Source of the DNA: Acaryochloris marina S15 | GTDB lineage: Bacteria; Cyanobacteriota; Cyanobacteriia; Thermosynechococcales; Thermosynechococcaceae | DNA: 32,000 nucleotides | Assembly (NCBI RefSeq): GCF_018336915.1 | Contig: NZ_CP064923.1 | Coordinates: forward strand, 1,950,001 to 1,982,000 | Direction of reading: 5' to 3' | Shown here: positions 27,404 to 32,000 of the stretch, piece after piece | How the letters are laid out: each line of letters begins with the position of its first letter | Numbering within the stretch: position 1 is the stretch's first letter | Translations under genes and position numbers: made by a program | The notes under the pieces: model-generated | The model's input: only the letters and a program-made list of their open reading frames with translations | The model's database searches: none | Told to the model about the DNA's origin: nothing

Positions 27404-27635
27404 AGACAGACGGACTAGTAAGACAACGTGAGCGTAAGCATTATGACAGTTATTGATCAGAGTTAAAACCAAGAAGGGATAGGTTTTAGAAAACGTAATA
27501 ACTCCATTCAAGAACTAAATTGAGGATGAGATTGTCCCATCATTCAAATAGAAAAGATTCGGTCATAGAAATTTAGTGATAAGTTATTGAAAACCTATCT
27601 ATCTTGATAGTTAGAAATCTTGCCCTAATCATTGA

Positions 27636-28484
27636 ATGCAGCAACTTGCTAGACAGCCAGACTCAGCGAGCTGGCATGGTCGCCTGAATTTGACTTATGA
27701 GAAAACAGCTCACCAAACTCAGATTCAAAGTAGTTATCATCAAGCTCCTCTCAATCTGCAACGCCCTTTTTATCCCGAAGGGCCAGTTTGTCATAGTGTG
27801 ATGATGCATACCGCAGGGGGAATGGTGGGAGGAGATCGTCTCTCCATTCATGTTGATCTACAGCCCCAATCCCACGCCTTGCTGACGACAACATCGGCTG
27901 GCAAAGTCTATCGTTCAAATGGGTATGCCGCTCAACAAACGATTCACTGTGAGCTGGCTGCCAATGCAGTTCTAGAATGGCTGCCCTTAGAAACCATCGT
28001 CTTTGATCAAGCGCAGTTTCGCCAATCCTTTCGAGTTGATCTGGGGCCAGACGCTATTTACTGCGGTTGGGAGATGACTCGATTTGGTCGCAGTGCCCGA
28101 GGTGAACAGTTTACCCAGGGGGATTGGCGATCCCAGACTGAAATCTGGCAGCAAGGCACTCCTCTTTGGATTGATCGACAGTGGTTGCCGGGACAACCAG
28201 AGATTTGGTATAGCCCCCATGGATTGGCTGGACAACCGGTCGTTGGCAGCTTTCTTTGGGTCGGGCAGGCGGTAGAACCCAGGACGATTCAGGCAGCTCG
28301 TGAACTTTGGCAGCCCACAGATGCTGCTGAGGGGGGGATCACTCGCTTACCCTTGGGGTTGATCTGTCGATATCGTGGTCCCTCTAGTCAAGCGGCCCGT
28401 CAATGGTTTATACAGGTGTGGAATCTCTTGCGATCCACCCATTTGGGACGCCCTGCCTGTCCCCCCCGTGTTTGGCCACTCTAA
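27636..28484 (+). CDS. ureD: Urease accessory protein UreD
   Basis: W.GRLNL.Y......T.......QAPL.LQRPFYPEG..VCH.V..HTAGG.VGGDRL......Q...HALLTT.SAGKVYRS matches the UreD/UreH family. Confidence 0.9.
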   Translation: MQQLARQPDSASWHGRLNLTYEKTAHQTQIQSSYHQAPLNLQRPFYPEGPVCHSVMMHTAGGMVGGDRLSIHVDLQPQSHALLTTTSAGKVYRSNGYAAQQTIHCELAANAVLEWLPLETIVFDQAQFRQSFRVDLGPDAIYCGWEMTRFGRSARGEQFTQGDWRSQTEIWQQGTPLWIDRQWLPGQPEIWYSPHGLAGQPVVGSFLWVGQAVEPRTIQAARELWQPTDAAEGGITRLPLGLICRYRGPSSQAARQWFIQVWNLLRSTHLGRPACPPRVWPL

Positions 28485-28494
28485 AACGAGGTAA

Positions 28495-28800
<306 letters not shown>

Positions 28801-28823
28801 TTTGACGGCTAACGAGGGGGACA

Positions 28824-29876
28824 ATGCCCAATCAAGGGGGATGGAAACGTTGGTTAAGCATCATGTTTTGCTGTTGGCTTCTACTCAGTGGGCCAGCCTT
28901 TGGATTTGTCACGGATAATGCCCTTACCAACAATACGCCCAATAACTTTGCGGATGATCTGCAGGATGCGGCTCGCTGGAGTAATGTACCGGGTTCGGTT
29001 TTGTCTAATGTGCGAGGACTGGGGGAGGGATTGGAATATGCGATCGCATCCGACTTTTGCTCCCAGATCATTCCCCTATTTCAAGATCCTCAACCGCCGA
29101 CCTGTGCCCAAATCGAAGCGGAGATTCAAAAAGCCCTAGATCACTGGGGAGACAATCATCCTGTCCTTCAATTTACGCCAGTGACCAGCCTAGCTGCCCA
29201 AATCCCCCCAGATGGAGCGCGGGAGCCGTGGCGAGGGTTTGGGGCAGAGATTGATCTGTTTGTCCGCAGCCCTGAAGACTATCCCCTAGTTGCAAACTTT
29301 GGGGCCTACACTAGCTTTTGGTTCACCAATGAAACTCCCATTGGTATGCAGGGACAGCCCGTTTCTGGCAAAACCATTACCAGTGCTGATATCGTTTTCA
29401 ACAATCGTAGTTGCTACTTTTTCGATACCCAAACCCCTATTTCCGGCTGTAACCACTTTGAGTCTTTGCTCATTCATGAGGTGGGTCATGCTCTAGCGTT
29501 AGATCACCCGAACGAGTTTCCCCAACGTAACTTTGATACGGATAAGATCCCTGGCAATTCGATGCTGATTGACTGTCAACAGCCTACCAAGACCCTGAAA
29601 TTAGTCTCCCAAATTGACTCGGCAGCCATTATGAATAGCAGCTTGGGGGATGCTGCTGAGCCGCTGCCGAAACTTAGTCTAGATGATCTGGGCGGCCGAA
29701 ATTTCCTCTATCCCTTATGCCAAACGATCATTCCTGCAAACCTATCCAGCGCTGGACCTAACCCTTGGCAGCTATTTGGCATCTTGTTGGCGATCAGTTT
29801 CTGTGGTGTGTTTGGCATTGCGACGATCCTGCAACGGTTAGAAAAGCAGCGCCGCAAAAGAAAGCGTCAGCACTGA
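28824..29876 (+). CDS. Secreted/anchored zinc metalloprotease, matrixin-like (peptidase M10 type), with a C-terminal TM helix and polybasic tail
   Basis: A signal-like N-terminus is present. HEVGHALALDH is encoded at 29475-29507 (HExxHxxxxxH). A Met-turn-like AIMNS and LSLDDLGGRNFLYP resemble the matrixin C-terminal core. The tail is GPNPWQLFGILLAISFCGVFGIATILQRLEKQRRKRKRQH (29757-29873). A strong Shine-Dalgarno (gaggggga) is present. Confidence 0.8.
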   Translation: MPNQGGWKRWLSIMFCCWLLLSGPAFGFVTDNALTNNTPNNFADDLQDAARWSNVPGSVLSNVRGLGEGLEYAIASDFCSQIIPLFQDPQPPTCAQIEAEIQKALDHWGDNHPVLQFTPVTSLAAQIPPDGAREPWRGFGAEIDLFVRSPEDYPLVANFGAYTSFWFTNETPIGMQGQPVSGKTITSADIVFNNRSCYFFDTQTPISGCNHFESLLIHEVGHALALDHPNEFPQRNFDTDKIPGNSMLIDCQQPTKTLKLVSQIDSAAIMNSSLGDAAEPLPKLSLDDLGGRNFLYPLCQTIIPANLSSAGPNPWQLFGILLAISFCGVFGIATILQRLEKQRRKRKRQH

Positions 29877-30012
29877 ATGTATATTGAGTCTGAAGGGAAA
29901 AACTGATGGCGCGTAATCCCACAAACTCGTTCTTCATCCCATCGTTTTCAAAGGTGGGCTTTCAAACTTTAGGATCTCTGTAACTTTTATATTCTTCAGG
30001 TTTAGATAACAG

Positions 30013-30639
30013 ATGAGCTTTGATCATCCACCTCGGATCTTATTTCTGTATGGCTCTCTAAGAGAGCGTTCCTACAGCCGTCTTCTGGCAGAAGAAGCAT
30101 CTCGCATTATTGAAGAGATGGGGGCAGAAGTGCGCTTTTTTAACCCTCGGGGACTGCCATTACATGGTGCTGAATCCGATTCCCATCCCAAAGTTCAGGA
30201 GCTGCTGACCCTCGTCCAATGGTCAGAGGGGCAGGTTTGGTCCAGTCCAGAGCTCCACGGCAATATTTCTGGGTTGATGAAAACCCAGATTGACTGGATT
30301 CCTTTGAAGTTGGGAGCTGTAAGGCCAACCCAAGGCAAGACACTTGCAGTGATGCAGGTCTCCGGGGGTTCCCAGTCTTTTAATGCGGTCAATACAATGC
30401 GGCTGCTGGGTCGGTGGATGCGAATGTTTACCATCCCTAATCAATCGTCTGTTCCCAAGGCATATCAGGAATTTCATGAGGATGGACGGTTTAAAGACTC
30501 GGCTTATCGTGATCGTGTGGTGGATGTGATGGAAGAACTGTATCGGTTTACTTTGCTGCTTCGCGATAAAGTGGATGACCTCACGGATCGCTACAGTGAA
30601 CGCAAGGCTCAGCAACAGGCAGACATCTCTAAAATCTAA
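30013..30639 (+). CDS. arsH: ArsH, NADPH-dependent FMN reductase of arsenic-resistance type
   Basis: [23 protein letters not shown]...SPE.HG...[55 protein letters not shown] is the ArsH signature as I recall it. Confidence 0.9.
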   Translation: MSFDHPPRILFLYGSLRERSYSRLLAEEASRIIEEMGAEVRFFNPRGLPLHGAESDSHPKVQELLTLVQWSEGQVWSSPELHGNISGLMKTQIDWIPLKLGAVRPTQGKTLAVMQVSGGSQSFNAVNTMRLLGRWMRMFTIPNQSSVPKAYQEFHEDGRFKDSAYRDRVVDVMEELYRFTLLLRDKVDDLTDRYSERKAQQQADISKI

Positions 30640-30788
30640 TTACATTCCATTGGCATAAGCTTGAGCAAACTTCCAACGCCATTTGTGAATGGCTCAAAAA
30701 CCACAGAACAGGTTTCTAAAACAAGTTCTAGACCTCAGGGAAAAAGTACCGTAAAGTAGCTAGCAAGTACACTTCAGGCAGCCCCATC

Positions 30789-31094
30789 ATGATTCCTGGC
30801 GAACTCTTTCCTGAAACAGGCGATATTGAACTTAATGCAGGCCGGGCAACGGTGAAGGTGGCTGTTGCAAACACCGGCGATCGCCCGGTGCAGGTAGGAT
30901 CTCATTTTCACTTTTATGAAGTGAATTCAGCTCTCGAATTTGATCGGGAACAAGTGAAAGGGATGCGGCTAGATATTCCTGCGGGAACAGCCGTGCGCTT
31001 TGAACCAGGCGACCAGCGGGATGTTACTTTGGTGCCTTTGGTCGGGCAACGAAAAGTGTTCGGATTTAATGGCAAAATTCAAGGTAGTTTATAG
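30789..31094 (+). CDS. ureB: Urease subunit beta
   Basis: MIPGE......IELNAGR....[24 protein letters not shown]....[17 protein letters not shown]....V.LV...G.R.V.GF is a canonical UreB. Confidence 0.95.
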   Translation: MIPGELFPETGDIELNAGRATVKVAVANTGDRPVQVGSHFHFYEVNSALEFDREQVKGMRLDIPAGTAVRFEPGDQRDVTLVPLVGQRKVFGFNGKIQGSL

Positions 31095-31271
31095 TCTATT
31101 TTGGTTGAATTTATTAGATATTAAATTGTCTTTAACTCTCTATTTTATATCTCTTTATTGACAAATAGAGATTGATAAAGATTTCCTTGCCTATCTGAGT
31201 TTGAATTCAATTCGTTTTTTAGGCTTAAAGTTATTAGCCAGAGGAAAACCATTATCCTCTCATGATTCGTT

Positions 31272-31307
31272 ATTCTGTTGGTGGAACCCCTAACAGAATT
31301 GTTTTTT
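31272..31307 (+). terminator. Rho-independent terminator-like hairpin about 180 nt downstream of ureB
   Basis: ATTCTGTTGG-tggaacc-CC(t)AACAGAAT (10 bp with one bulge), followed by TTGTTTTTTG. Confidence 0.5.
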
Positions 31308-31355
31308 GTGGGGCATCCTCAATAGAACGGTGCATTGTTAAGGAGCCAGTTCCAG

Positions 31356-32000
31356 ATGGAGCCCGCTATCTCCCAATACTTACCTCAGTACAAATTTTTG
31401 GAAGTTTTGTACGACAGTAAGCAAACGCGAGTTTATCGAGGGATTAGGATAGCGGATCAGTTGCCTGTGGTCATTAAAACTACGGCTCCATTTCAGCCTT
31501 GGCCGTTTGCTGAGCATGTTGCTTTTCGCAATCAATTTACGATTGGTCGCAATCTTCAGCATCCTGGCATTATCCAGATGCTGAGCTTGGACTCTTTTGA
31601 TAGCACCTATGCCTTGGTGATGGAGGATATGCAAGGCATTTCTTTAGCCGATTTTCTCAAGTCTCCTGTTTCCTTGACGGATGGTTTGCACATTGCTCTT
31701 CAACTCACTGATGTGCTCCACTATTTATGCCAACAACGGGTTATTCATAAGGATATTAAACCTGCAAATATCATTATTCATCCTCAAAGCAAACAGATAA
31801 AGCTCACTGATTTTGGAATTGCCTCTTTACTTCCCAGGGAAACCCAAGAAATTCAGAGCCTTAATGTTTTAGAAGGGACCTTGGCTTACCTTGCTCCTGA
31901 ACAAACGGGACGAATGAATCGAGGTGTAGATTATCGGACCGATTTCTATTGTCTGGGGGTAACGCTGTATGAGGTGCTAACGGGACAGCTACCGTTTCAG
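31356..32000 (+). CDS. Ser/Thr protein kinase domain, 5' part of a second hybrid-sensor paralogue (continues beyond the window); absent from the ORF track
   Basis: ATG at 31356 has AAGGAG 10 nt upstream and an in-frame TAG at 31323. The frame is open to base 32000: MEPAISQYLPQYKFLEVLYDSKQTRVYRG...VVIK...HKDIKPANIII...DFG...APEQTGRMNRG... It is about 70% identical, by hand count over 159 aa, to the kinase domain at 16148-17467. Confidence 0.9.
   Translation, partial: MEPAISQYLPQYKFLEVLYDSKQTRVYRGIRIADQLPVVIKTTAPFQPWPFAEHVAFRNQFTIGRNLQHPGIIQMLSLDSFDSTYALVMEDMQGISLADFLKSPVSLTDGLHIALQLTDVLHYLCQQRVIHKDIKPANIIIHPQSKQIKLTDFGIASLLPRETQEIQSLNVLEGTLAYLAPEQTGRMNRGVDYRTDFYCLGVTLYEVLTGQLPFQ

Noticed and set aside
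27404-27635. Possible NtcA site (GTA-N8-TAC) or a leaderless-mRNA promoter upstream of ureD
   Set aside because: Only imperfect matches occur (e.g. GTAagcattatGAC). The TTGATA/TAATCA hexamer pair is weak, so the evidence is insufficient to call.
30223-30615. 130-aa ORF antisense to arsH (also 30140-30343 and 30195-30434)
   Set aside because: All lie entirely inside the strongly supported arsH frame and have no features. They are typical shadow ORFs.
31380-31634. 84-aa minus-strand ORF
   Set aside because: It is antisense to the clear plus-strand kinase domain that starts at 31356.

Overview
The window looks like a cyanobacterial chromosomal segment. Evidence: 16 perfect HIP1 octamers (GCGATCGC) counted by eye, an SLH-domain envelope protein, pentapeptide-repeat proteins, Ser/Thr-kinase plus His-kinase hybrid sensors, and an RpaB/Ycf27-like regulator. 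It is mostly ordinary but functionally mixed. Contents in order:

- The 3' end of an arsS-type radical SAM gene, followed by two translationally coupled TVP38/DedA-like membrane genes.
- An AraC / siderophore-interacting reductase / NmrA-like / MAPEG group.
- A PAS-GAF-GGDEF-EAL c-di-GMP protein, a UPF0104 membrane protein and a cysteine synthase family enzyme.
- tRNA-Met(CAU), then a 48-aa DUF2256-type zinc-ribbon ORF that the ORF track misses.
- aat.
- A roughly 1800-aa kinase / P-loop NTPase / helical-repeat / GAF / histidine-kinase gene broken by a 1-nt frameshift inside its NTPase domain.
- An SLH protein with an internally duplicated C-terminal domain.
- An orphan OmpR-family regulator with a TTG start.
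- An LctP-family permease with a structured leader.
- An AT-rich pentapeptide-TM-pentapeptide gene, chrA and a hexose-6-phosphate mutarotase.
- A urease cluster, ureD-ureA-[M10 metalloprotease]-[arsH]-ureB, with no ureC downstream.
- The 5' end of a second paralogous kinase gene running off the window.

I found no CRISPR array, transposase, integrase, phage gene or recognisable defence system, and no convincing novel multi-gene system. The best leads are the interrupted urease cluster and its secreted protease, the arsS-TVP38-TVP38 unit, the duplicated SLH-protein domain, the frameshifted sensor kinase, and two structured intergenic regions (21526-21646 and 26085-26213). All family calls rest on recalled motifs, not database searches.
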